Translations under genes and position numbers: made by a program
NCBI GenBank assembly: GCA_965221775.1
Contig: CBDCSU010000004.1
Location: 160,001-224,000, forward strand
Direction of reading: 5' to 3'
Source of the DNA: Candidatus Latescibacterota bacterium
GTDB lineage: Bacteria; Latescibacterota; UBA2968; UBA8231
Length of the DNA: 64,000 nucleotides
In this document: one piece after another, positions 54,281-62,952 of the stretch
Position numbering within the stretch: the stretch's first letter is position 1
How the letters are laid out: every line of letters begins with the position of its first letter
Notes under the pieces: generated by a model
What the model was told of the DNA's origin: nothing
Database searches by the model: none
The model's input: the letters and a program-made list of their open reading frames with translations, nothing else

Positions 54281-55582
54281 ATGGAGACCTCGATGACCAC
54301 TGATCGCCGCACCTTTCTGGGCCATCTCTTCGCCGCCGGCTATGGGCTGGGAAGCGTCTCGCTCCTGCGCGCCCAGGATCCGGGCCCGCCCGGAGGGGAG
54401 GTTCGCAAGAAGATCGCCTTCCTCGGCACGGAGGTGCGTACCCACTCCCACGCCCAGCACTTTCTCGACCGCCTGGCCATGGGTTACGGGTGGGGCGGGC
54501 ACTGGGAGGGTCCGCGCCTCGAGATCGCCTCGGTCTACATCGACCAGTTTCCGGAGGGAGACCTGGGGCGGCAGCGGGTCGAGAAGTACGGGCTGAAGCT
54601 CTACCCCGGCATCGAGGAAGCCCTCACCCTCGGTACCGGCCAGCTCGCCGTCGACGGGGTGGTGATCATCGCCGAACACGGAAAGTACCCCAACAACGAG
54701 AAGGGCCAGAGACTCTACCCGCGCTACGAGTGGTTCAAGAAGTGCGTGAAGGTCTTCGAGCAGTCCGGCCGGTCGGTTCCGGTCTTCAACGACAAGCACC
54801 TCTCCACCGACTGGGAGGAGTGCGTCGAGATGGTGGCGGACTCGAAGCGCCTCGGGTTTCCATTCTTCGCGGGCTCCTCCCTTCCGGTCACGCGCCGCAT
54901 GCCCTCGATCGACATGCCCCACGGGACTCCTCTCGAGGAGAGCGTCTGCGTGGCCTACGGCGGCGTCGACAGCTACGACATCCACGCCCTGGAGACGGCG
55001 CAGTGCATGTCGGAACGGCGCCAGGGCGGCGAAGTCGGCATCGAGCGCGTGCTGGCCCTCCGCGATCAGGCCATGTGGGATTACGTCTTTCGCAGCGACC
55101 GGGCCGGCACCCGCCGCCTGATCGAGTCCGCGTTGACTCGCAGCCACAATCTCCCCGTGAGCGGCGGCTACTACACCGACCGCATCACCTGCGAGTGGGC
55201 CCGCGAGCAGTTCGGCCGAGCCATCGGCTACTTCATCGACCACCGCGATGGTTTCCGCACCTCCATGTTCCTGGTCGGCATCCAGGACTTCAACTATGCC
55301 GGGCTTCGCGCCGACGATGGTGAAATCGTCTCGACCCAGATGTACCTTCCCATGCCCGGCCACGGCTCCTCCACGGCCGACTTCTTTCACCCCTTGGTGC
55401 GGCACATCGAGGAGACCGTCCTTACCGGCCGGGTCCCGTACCCCGCCGAACGCACCCTCCTCACCTCCGGCATGGTCATCGCCGGAGTGGAGAGTCTGCA
55501 CCGGGGCGGCGTGCCGGTCGACACCCCGGAGATGGCGGTGCGCTACACGGTGGGCCCGGAGTCGACCTACTGGCGGGACTGA
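54281..55582 (+). CDS. Tat-exported Gfo/Idh/MocA-like oxidoreductase (uncharacterised)
   Basis: DRRTFL Tat motif; LAVDGVVIIAEHG.YP, VFNDKHLS, AGSSLP and HALE. Confidence 0.7.
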   Translation: METSMTTDRRTFLGHLFAAGYGLGSVSLLRAQDPGPPGGEVRKKIAFLGTEVRTHSHAQHFLDRLAMGYGWGGHWEGPRLEIASVYIDQFPEGDLGRQRVEKYGLKLYPGIEEALTLGTGQLAVDGVVIIAEHGKYPNNEKGQRLYPRYEWFKKCVKVFEQSGRSVPVFNDKHLSTDWEECVEMVADSKRLGFPFFAGSSLPVTRRMPSIDMPHGTPLEESVCVAYGGVDSYDIHALETAQCMSERRQGGEVGIERVLALRDQAMWDYVFRSDRAGTRRLIESALTRSHNLPVSGGYYTDRITCEWAREQFGRAIGYFIDHRDGFRTSMFLVGIQDFNYAGLRADDGEIVSTQMYLPMPGHGSSTADFFHPLVRHIEETVLTGRVPYPAERTLLTSGMVIAGVESLHRGGVPVDTPEMAVRYTVGPESTYWRD

Positions 55583-55678
55583 GGGATCTTGAGAAGAACC
55601 TTGTCCAGCATCTTGAAGAGCATAGCCAGGCATCACGAAATGAGCGTCGAGGAACTACTGGAAGTGGTGGGAGCATAG
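55583..55678 (+). pseudogene. C-terminal fragment of a HicA-like toxin
   Basis: Reads ILRRTLSSILKSIARHHEMSVEELLEVVGA*, resembling the HicA C-terminal (G)TL.SIL...SVEEL helix; N-terminus absent; AT-rich. Confidence 0.5.
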
Positions 55679-55720
55679 CCGTTGAAGTGTCCAAGGGGGC
55701 CTTGCCGTCCCGCGCCTCGC

Positions 55721-56479
55721 GTGAAGGCGTTCTGCGTCGGCCAGGCGAAATCGGGCACTGCCTCGATCGCCGGGCTCCTGTCCGCCAACTACCGCGTGGC
55801 CCATGAACCCGAGCGGGCGGCAACGCTCGACCTGATCCTCCGGCACGCGCACGGTGAACTCTCGGACACGGCCGTCGGGGAGCACCTTCGGGTGCGGGAT
55901 GCCCGGCTCGACCTGGAATACGACGTGGCATGGGCAAACCAGTTCCTCATCCGGCACTTGGTGGACGTCTTTCCCGCGGTGGGATTCATCGTGCTGATTC
56001 GAGACTGCTACACGTGGCTGCAGTCGCTCACGAGCCATCTCGCCGTCCGCGACGTGCCTTCTGACGTGACCGAGTTCCTGAAGTGGTGGTTCAAGCCGGA
56101 CAGGTATCCGCACGGCCCCGCCGACCGCGTCCTCGAGGAGCGTGGCCTGTTCTCGGTGTCGGCCTACCTGCATGCGTGGAACCGGCATGTCGAGTCCTGC
56201 CTCAAGTCGATTCCGCCGGAACGGCGGTTGGTGCTGCGGACCAACGAACTCGGTGCCTCCCATCAACGTCTGGCCGGCTTTCTGCGAATCCCCGTCAACT
56301 CTCTCGACATGGCCCGGGGTCACCGCAACCGCGGTGCCTCGGCGGAACCACTTGCATCTCTCGTGGCCCCCGGGTACATCGACGAGATGGTCCACTCGAT
56401 CTGCGGGTCCAACATGGCGCGCTACTTCCCCTCGATTGGAGACAGGCTGCCCCGACCATGGATGGAAGCGCCGCACTGA
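55721..56479 (+). CDS. Sulfotransferase family protein
   Basis: AFCVGQAKSGTAS (5'-PSB loop), HEP, FIVLIRD..TWLQS (3'-PB) and LAGFL. Confidence 0.8.
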   Translation: MKAFCVGQAKSGTASIAGLLSANYRVAHEPERAATLDLILRHAHGELSDTAVGEHLRVRDARLDLEYDVAWANQFLIRHLVDVFPAVGFIVLIRDCYTWLQSLTSHLAVRDVPSDVTEFLKWWFKPDRYPHGPADRVLEERGLFSVSAYLHAWNRHVESCLKSIPPERRLVLRTNELGASHQRLAGFLRIPVNSLDMARGHRNRGASAEPLASLVAPGYIDEMVHSICGSNMARYFPSIGDRLPRPWMEAPH

Positions 56480-58938
56480 CCGCTCAGGTCCGCGCCCGGG
56501 TGGATGGGGACGGGCAACTCGAGGTCGAGGCCGGGCTGTTGGTCCTCGGGGCTCTCGAGGGGGACGCGGCCCTGGACCGGGCCCTGTCGGAGGAGGCCGG
56601 CCCTGCGGAAGCACGACCGGATGCCGAGGCGGATGTGACCCAGGCTCCGGCGAAACGTGCGTACCTCGACAAGATCTCGGTCCAGGGGTTTCGCGGTATC
56701 GGCGCCGTTTGTGACTTGCAGGTCCCCCCCGGCCCCGGCCTCACGCTGGTGGTGGGGCGCAACGGCAGCGGCAAGTCGAGCTTCGCCGAAGCCCTGGAGC
56801 TGTTGCTGACGGGCAAGAACCAACGCTGGGAGGGCCGCTCGGCGGTGTGGAAGGAAGGGTGGCGCAACCTGCACTGGTCCGGGCCGGCGGAGATCGCGGC
56901 CACCTTCGCGGTCGAAGGGCGAGGACAGCCGCTCACCGCAAGACGCGCATGGGTGCAGGGTGAGGGTCTGGACGCCGGGACCGACGAGGTAGATGGGGTC
57001 CAGGGGGACAACTTCCGTGCGTCACTTGGTTGGCACGAGGAGATCGTGACGTATCGCCCCTTTCTGCCGTACAACGAATTGGGGTCGATCCCCGACTACC
57101 GGCCCACCGAGCTGTACGACATGATGTCGGCGGCCCTGGGTCTCGAGGCTTTGGTGGAGGCTCGCCAGCGGCTACGCCAGCAGAGGCTTGACCGCGGCAA
57201 GCAGGTTCGAGCCGCGGAGGACGCACGGAAAGAGTGGTTCTCCCAAGTCGAGGAGCTCGACGATGAGCGGGCGCGGACCTGCGCGCAGGCAGCCAGGAAA
57301 CCCAAGGCCACCACTTGGGATCTCGACGCCGTGGCGCGGGTTCTGGAGGGAGCGCTCGAACCGGAAGGCGAGGGCGTGATCGCCCGGCTGCGCCAGCTCG
57401 CCACCCTCGCGGTGCCGGGCGTGGAAGAGGTGACGATAGCGGCTGAAGAGTTGCGGGCCGCAACAGAGGCGGTCAGGGACGCCGAACAGACCGATGCCGG
57501 CCGCGCCCGGCAGACCGCCGATCTGCTCGACCACGCACTGGCAGTGCACGCCGCACATGGAGATCAACCATGCCCGGTCTGTGGCTCCGGGGAATTGACT
57601 GCCGAGTGGCGGTCTCGTGTGGAGGCGGAAGTGCAGCGCTTGCGGACGGAGGCGGCCACGGCGAACCAGGCACATGCGATGCTTGCCAGGGCCCGCCAGG
57701 CCGCCCAGGCCTTGTTGGCCGAGCCGCCGGAGATTCTGGGTCGTGCTGCGGACACAGCCGGTCTCGACGCGACTGCTCTGCAGGAGGCATGGGGACGTTG
57801 GAGTGGTTTACGGGACGCAGCGGATGACAGCCTGATCGAGCACCTGGAAGAGGAGTACCTCAATCTCGCCGCCGTCCTGGACTCCTTTCGGGAGCAGGCC
57901 GCCGCCGAGTTGGGGCGCATGGAGGAAGCCTGGCGTCCTCTCGTCGATACCCTGCGCTCGTGGCTGCCAACCGCACGCGACGCGGTACACGCTTCCCGGT
58001 TGGTCCCGCATCTGAGCAGCGCGGAGAAGTGGCTCAACTCGGAGACCGACCTGATCCGGGCCGAACGGTTCGGTCCCATTGCGCAGCGGGCCTCGGAGGT
58101 GTGGGAGACCCTGAGACAGAACAGCAGCGTGACGCTGGATCACCTCAAGCTCGAGGGCTCGGCGACCCAGCGTCATCTCGTTCTCGACGTCAGCGTCGAC
58201 GGAACCGACGGCCAGGCCCTCGGGGTGATGAGTCAGGGCGAGATTCACGCCCTGGCCCTCAGTCTGTTCCTGCCGCGGGTGCTGCTGCCCGAGTCTCCCT
58301 TCGGGTTCGTCGTCATCGACGATCCGGTGCAGGCCATGGACCCGGGGAAAGTCGACGGTCTGGCGCGCGTGCTCGCTATGGTGGCGCAAGAGCGGCAGGT
58401 CGTCGTCTTCACCCATGACGAGCGACTGCCCGAATCGGTTCGCCGGCTGCAGATCCCGGCGCAGGTGGTCGAAGTCACGCGGCAATCCGGCTCGCAGGTG
58501 GCGTGCCGGACCATCGGCGACCCGGTTGCCCAGTACCTGGCCGATGCCCGCGCGCTGCAGCACACCGAAGACCTTCCGGCCGAAGCCGCGGCGCGGGCCC
58601 TGCCCCAGTTCTGCCGCCTCGCCATCGAAGCGGCGTGCACGGAGGTCGTCCGCCGCCGGCGCATCGGGCGCGGCGAGCCCCACTCCGACACGGACAAGGC
58701 GCTGAACGACGCCCGCACGCTGACGCAGAAACTCGCCCTCGCCCTGTTCGACGACGTCGGGCGCGGGGGGGAGGTGCTGGCCCGGCTCAACCGGTCCGAC
58801 TCCAGATGGGCCGATGCCGTCCAGTGGGCGAACCGTGGGGCCCACGGAGCCGCCGGGGCTACTCCGGACCTCTCGTCGATGGTCGGCTCCACCGGACGCC
58901 TGGCAGGATGGCTCGTCAAGCTCGATGGCAGCCCATGA
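56458..58938 (+). CDS. Rad50/SbcC/RloC-like ABC ATPase with zinc hook and C-terminal HEPN-like region
   Basis: GFRGI, Walker A GRNGSGKS, coiled coil with central CPVC, signature MSQGE, Walker B FVVIDDPVQAMD and H-loop VFTHD; C-terminal extension FCRLAIEAAC...ANRGAH. Confidence 0.85.
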   Translation: MDGSAALTAQVRARVDGDGQLEVEAGLLVLGALEGDAALDRALSEEAGPAEARPDAEADVTQAPAKRAYLDKISVQGFRGIGAVCDLQVPPGPGLTLVVGRNGSGKSSFAEALELLLTGKNQRWEGRSAVWKEGWRNLHWSGPAEIAATFAVEGRGQPLTARRAWVQGEGLDAGTDEVDGVQGDNFRASLGWHEEIVTYRPFLPYNELGSIPDYRPTELYDMMSAALGLEALVEARQRLRQQRLDRGKQVRAAEDARKEWFSQVEELDDERARTCAQAARKPKATTWDLDAVARVLEGALEPEGEGVIARLRQLATLAVPGVEEVTIAAEELRAATEAVRDAEQTDAGRARQTADLLDHALAVHAAHGDQPCPVCGSGELTAEWRSRVEAEVQRLRTEAATANQAHAMLARARQAAQALLAEPPEILGRAADTAGLDATALQEAWGRWSGLRDAADDSLIEHLEEEYLNLAAVLDSFREQAAAELGRMEEAWRPLVDTLRSWLPTARDAVHASRLVPHLSSAEKWLNSETDLIRAERFGPIAQRASEVWETLRQNSSVTLDHLKLEGSATQRHLVLDVSVDGTDGQALGVMSQGEIHALALSLFLPRVLLPESPFGFVVIDDPVQAMDPGKVDGLARVLAMVAQERQVVVFTHDERLPESVRRLQIPAQVVEVTRQSGSQVACRTIGDPVAQYLADARALQHTEDLPAEAAARALPQFCRLAIEAACTEVVRRRRIGRGEPHSDTDKALNDARTLTQKLALALFDDVGRGGEVLARLNRSDSRWADAVQWANRGAHGAAGATPDLSSMVGSTGRLAGWLVKLDGSP

Positions 58939-59312
58939 GTCCCGCCGAGATCATCGACGAGGCGGATTCGCTGGTAGGCCCCGATCCTAGCGGCCGCGTC
59001 CACGGCTGGCCGAGAATTGCGGCCGTGCTCTGCCGGCATGCGATCGAGGAGGCCCTTCGGCAATACTGGTCCCTGCGCGAGCCCGGCCTGGAGCGCTGCA
59101 GCGGGCGCGCGCAGCTACTGTGTCTTACCGTCTACCTGAGGGACCGCGACCTCGGCCGAGAGACCTTGGCGGCGTGGTCCGATCTGAGCCGTGCCTGTCA
59201 TCACCACGCATACGAGCTCGCTCCGACGGCGGAGGAGCTGCGGAACCTGCTGGACGTGGCGCGGCGGTTCACGCGCGAGGTCTCACGCCAGATCGCAACC
59301 CACCGGGGGTGA
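58935..59312 (+). CDS. Small HEPN-like protein (125 aa)
   Basis: ATGA overlap with the ATPase; helical; LCRHAIEEAL and RACHHH (Rx4H). Confidence 0.65.
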   Translation: MSPAEIIDEADSLVGPDPSGRVHGWPRIAAVLCRHAIEEALRQYWSLREPGLERCSGRAQLLCLTVYLRDRDLGRETLAAWSDLSRACHHHAYELAPTAEELRNLLDVARRFTREVSRQIATHRG

Positions 59313-59319
59313 TCGTCCC

Positions 59320-61191
59320 ATGCCCCGCCGCCCAGCCGTGATCCGAAGACTCCTCCTGCTGATCACCGCCGCCTCCGCGGCCCCCCTGGCCGCCGCCGTC
59401 GACCTGGCCGCCCTCGACGGCTGGCGGATCGTCGTCGCCCCCGGCGCCATCGCCTCCGAGGAGTACGCCGCCCGGGAGTTACAGAACCACCTCGCCCTCG
59501 CCGGCGGCCCCGAGCTTCAGATCCTCTCCGCGCCTGAAGGTCCGGGCGGCCACATATACGTCGGCCCTGACGCCGCCACGCAGAGCCCCGTCGGCTTCGA
59601 CCCCGCCGACTACGGCCCCGAGGACCTGCGTATCGTCGTGCAACCCGGCGCCATCGTCGTGGCCGGCGGCCGGCCGCGGGGGACCCTCTACGGGGTCTAC
59701 ACCTTCCTCGAGGACTACCTCGGCGTGCGCTTCGTCACCGCCGACCACACCCACGTCCCACCCTTGGGTGAGAAGAGGCCCATCGGTCCCGTGGACCGGG
59801 TCTACCGGCCGCCGCTGGAGTGGCGCTGGGCCGACTTCGAGACCAACTACGCCCGCCCCGACTTCGCCGCCCGGCGGCGGCTGAACGCGGGAAGGGTGGA
59901 AGCCCTGCCCCCGGGCAGCACCGACTGGAGCCTGGTGGGCCGCTACGGCGGCCGCTCGCCCGTGCATCTCGTGGAGCACTCCTTCAACGCCCTGCTGCCG
60001 CCGTCCGAGTACGCCGACGACCACCCGGAGTACTACTGCCTCTACGAGGGCGAGCGCTGGGCCCACCGGCGCTACGAGGACGGCCGCTTCCACGAGGACC
60101 TGCAGCCGTGCATGACCCACCCCGAGGTCCTGCGCCTGATCACCCGCGCCGCCCTCGGATTCCTGGAAGCGCGTCCCCGCCAGATGGACGTCAGCGTCGG
60201 CCAGAACGACGGCAGCGTCTGGTGCCAGTGCCCGTCGTGCCGGGCGATCAACGAGCGCGAGGGCACGCCCATGGGCTCGCTGCTGACCCTGGTGAACGCC
60301 GTCGCCGACGAGGCCGCCGCCGCCCATCCGGGGCGGCTGGTCTCGACCCTGGCCTACGCCTACAGCGCCCCGCCGCCGCGTTCGCTGAAGCCGCGCGACA
60401 ACGTCCTGATCATGTGGTGCAGCATCGACGCCTGCTTCATCCACGCTTTCGACGACCCGGACTGCCCGGACAACGCCGCCCAGTACGCCCAGTTGAAGGC
60501 CTGGTCCCGGATCGCGCCGAACCTGCACGTGTGGGACTACTACATGAACCACGACCGCCGCGGGTTCCAGCTGCCCCTGCCCAACCTGCGGTGGATCGAC
60601 CGCAACGTGCGCGCCGAGGTCGACCTCGGTGTCCGGGGCCTTTTCACCCAGGCCTTCAGCAGCTCCCACGGCAACGAGTTCGAGGGCCTGAGGAACTACC
60701 TGCTGAGCCGGCTCATGTGGGACCCCTCCCTCGACGGCCGGGCCCTCATGGTCGAGTGGCTGGACCTCCACTACGGCCCGGCGGCGCCGCCGATCCTGGG
60801 CTGGATCGACCGCCTCCACGACCGCGCCATGGCCAGCGGCCTGCACCGCCACAGCCTCGGGGGCCGCTACGACGAGTACGGCCTCGACGAGTCCGATGTC
60901 GCCGCCGGCCTGGAAGCAGTTGAGGAGGCGATGAGCCTGGCCGACAGCGACGCCGTGCGCCGCCGCGTCGGGCAGGCCTCCGTCTGGGCCTGGCGGGCCG
61001 CCCTGGAGCCGGTGTGGTACGCCACGGGGGAGGTCGATCTGGATCCGCGGCAGGCGGAGGAGCTGCGCGCCCGGGCGAAACGGTTCTTCGAGCTGTGCCG
61101 CGAGCACGACGTGCGGCGCACCGCCTCCGGCAGCTGGTTCGCCATCGACAAGGCCGAGGCGCGCGTGCGCGCCGCCATCGGCGACTGGTAG
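59320..61191 (+). CDS. DUF4838-like exported protein
   Basis: Signal peptide; YAARELQ, GGRPRGTLYGVYTFLE, HPEYY, QPCMTHPEV, QNDG..WCQC..C, TLAY and WDYY. Confidence 0.78.
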   Translation: MPRRPAVIRRLLLLITAASAAPLAAAVDLAALDGWRIVVAPGAIASEEYAARELQNHLALAGGPELQILSAPEGPGGHIYVGPDAATQSPVGFDPADYGPEDLRIVVQPGAIVVAGGRPRGTLYGVYTFLEDYLGVRFVTADHTHVPPLGEKRPIGPVDRVYRPPLEWRWADFETNYARPDFAARRRLNAGRVEALPPGSTDWSLVGRYGGRSPVHLVEHSFNALLPPSEYADDHPEYYCLYEGERWAHRRYEDGRFHEDLQPCMTHPEVLRLITRAALGFLEARPRQMDVSVGQNDGSVWCQCPSCRAINEREGTPMGSLLTLVNAVADEAAAAHPGRLVSTLAYAYSAPPPRSLKPRDNVLIMWCSIDACFIHAFDDPDCPDNAAQYAQLKAWSRIAPNLHVWDYYMNHDRRGFQLPLPNLRWIDRNVRAEVDLGVRGLFTQAFSSSHGNEFEGLRNYLLSRLMWDPSLDGRALMVEWLDLHYGPAAPPILGWIDRLHDRAMASGLHRHSLGGRYDEYGLDESDVAAGLEAVEEAMSLADSDAVRRRVGQASVWAWRAALEPVWYATGEVDLDPRQAEELRARAKRFFELCREHDVRRTASGSWFAIDKAEARVRAAIGDW

Positions 61192-61206
61192 GGGGAGGAG
61201 GGAAGA

Positions 61207-61476
61207 GTGGCGGTGGTCTTCATCCCCCGGCGGCTGCGGCCGCTGAGCGGAGGGCGCGGGCAGGTCCGCGTGGAGGGCGCCACGGTGCGCCAGGTGATCG
61301 AAGCCCTGGAGGCCGAGTGCCCGGGGATCAAGGCGAGGCTCTACGACGCCGAAGGGGACGCCCTGGCCCGCGGCATGGCGGTCACCGTGGACGGCGTCAC
61401 CGGGGAGCTGGGCCTGCTGGAGAAGGTGGGACCGGAGAGCGAGGTCCACTTCCTGCCCGCCATCGCCGGCGGCTGA
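61207..61476 (+). CDS. MoaD/ThiS family ubiquitin-like sulfur carrier
   Basis: 89 aa; VEGATV..VIEALE..CPG and C-terminal PAIAGG. Confidence 0.9.
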   Translation: MAVVFIPRRLRPLSGGRGQVRVEGATVRQVIEALEAECPGIKARLYDAEGDALARGMAVTVDGVTGELGLLEKVGPESEVHFLPAIAGG

Positions 61477-61544
61477 TCGCGGCTGGTTGCCATGGTGCCG
61501 TGCATCGGCGTTTTTGGTTGTCCGCCCTCAGACCGGAGCCCTCG

Positions 61545-62900
61545 ATGATCGACGTACGCCGACTGCGCGCCGAACCCGACGCCATGCGCCGCGCCATCGC
61601 CCTGCGCCGGGTCGACCCCGCGCGGGCCGACGTGGACCGCTTCCTCGACATCGACGGCCAGCGCCGCGCCCTGCAGCAGCAGATCGACGGCCTCAACTCG
61701 CAGAAGAAGGAGCTGGCCCGCCTCGGCCGGACCGACCCCCGGGCCGCGCGCCGGAAGGGCCAGGAGCTGCGCGAGCAGGGGCGCGAGCTGGACGCCCGCC
61801 TGGGCGAGCTGACCGCGGAGTGGCAGGCGATCCTCGACTGGTTCCCCAACTGGCCGCACCCGGAGATGCCCGAGGGCGCCGGCGAGGAGGAGAACGCGGA
61901 GGAGTGCGTGTGGCTGCCGGGCCGCGGCTACCAGCCGCAGGACCAGCTCGGGGCCGGTTACCACTCGGCGGCGGCCATGCCGAAGGGCGCCGTCCACGGG
62001 GAGGGGGAGTTCGAGCCCCGGGACCACTCCGAGCTGTCGGCGGCCCTCGGCGCCGACACCTTGCAGGCCTCCAAGGTCTCGGGCTCGCGCTTCACCTACC
62101 TGACCGGGGACCTGGCGCGCATGCAGTACGCCCTGCAGCAGCTCCTGGCCGACGAGATGCTGCGCCGCGGCTACGAGATGATGGTGCCGCCCCTGCTCGT
62201 GCGCGAGCGCGCCCTCCACGGCACCTCCCACTTCCCCGAGGGCCGCGACCAGGTCTACGCCATCCAGACCGACAACGTCGAGGAGGGGACCCAGCTCTTC
62301 CTCGTGGGCTCGTCGGAGCCGGCCAACTTCAGCTACTTCATGGACCGCACCCTCGACGAGGCCGACCTGCCCGCCAGGCTCTTCGCCTTCACCGCCTGCT
62401 TCCGCTCCGAGGCCGGCTCCTGGGGCAAGGACGTGAAGGGCATCAAGCGGCTGCACCAGTTCGACAAGCTGGAGATGAACGCCGTCTGCACCCCCGATCA
62501 GTCCGAGGCGATGTACGAGGAGTTCGGACAGATCAACGAGTGGCTCCTGCAGCAGCTGCAGCTGCCCTACCGCATGGTCGACAAGTGCGGCGGCGACGCC
62601 GGGTACCTGGCCAGCCACCGGCAGCGCGACGGCGAGGTGTGGATGCCGGGGACGGGGGAGTTCATGGAGGTCATGACCGACACCAACACCACCGACTACC
62701 AGGCCCGCCGCATGAACATCCGCTACCGGCCCGCCGGGGGCGGCAGCCTGGTCTTCTGCCACACCGTCAACGACACGGGCTGCGCCATGGGCCGCATGCT
62801 CATCGCCATCGTCGAGAACTACCAGCAGGCCGACGGCTCGGTGAAGGTCCCCGAGGTCCTGCGGGCGGTGGTCGGCAAAGAGCGGATCCACCCGTCCTGA
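61545..62900 (+). CDS. serS: Seryl-tRNA synthetase
   Basis: N-terminal coiled coil, KVSGSRF, motif 2 CFRSEAG...RLHQFDKLE, DYQARR, and motif 3 HTVNDTGCA.GR..IAIVENYQ. Confidence 0.95.
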   Translation: MIDVRRLRAEPDAMRRAIALRRVDPARADVDRFLDIDGQRRALQQQIDGLNSQKKELARLGRTDPRAARRKGQELREQGRELDARLGELTAEWQAILDWFPNWPHPEMPEGAGEEENAEECVWLPGRGYQPQDQLGAGYHSAAAMPKGAVHGEGEFEPRDHSELSAALGADTLQASKVSGSRFTYLTGDLARMQYALQQLLADEMLRRGYEMMVPPLLVRERALHGTSHFPEGRDQVYAIQTDNVEEGTQLFLVGSSEPANFSYFMDRTLDEADLPARLFAFTACFRSEAGSWGKDVKGIKRLHQFDKLEMNAVCTPDQSEAMYEEFGQINEWLLQQLQLPYRMVDKCGGDAGYLASHRQRDGEVWMPGTGEFMEVMTDTNTTDYQARRMNIRYRPAGGGSLVFCHTVNDTGCAMGRMLIAIVENYQQADGSVKVPEVLRAVVGKERIHPS

Positions 62901-62952
62901 CCTTCGTGCCGCTGCCGCCGCTGGCCGCGCCTGCCCGCGAAGAGGCTCCCGA

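Noticed and set aside
55580-55678. UGA read-through (selenocysteine) extending the 54281 gene, since the frame stays open for 31 codons after the stop
   Set aside because: No SECIS-like hairpin follows; composition changes abruptly and the extension resembles an unrelated HicA fragment.
56458-58938. Housekeeping SbcC, RecN or SMC
   Set aside because: No sbcD or scpAB neighbour, an extra C-terminal domain, a coupled HEPN-like gene, and island-like composition.
61207-61476. Ubiquitin-like protein as part of a bacterial conjugation or defence system
   Set aside because: No E1, E2 or JAB genes nearby; it fits an ordinary MoaD/ThiS carrier.
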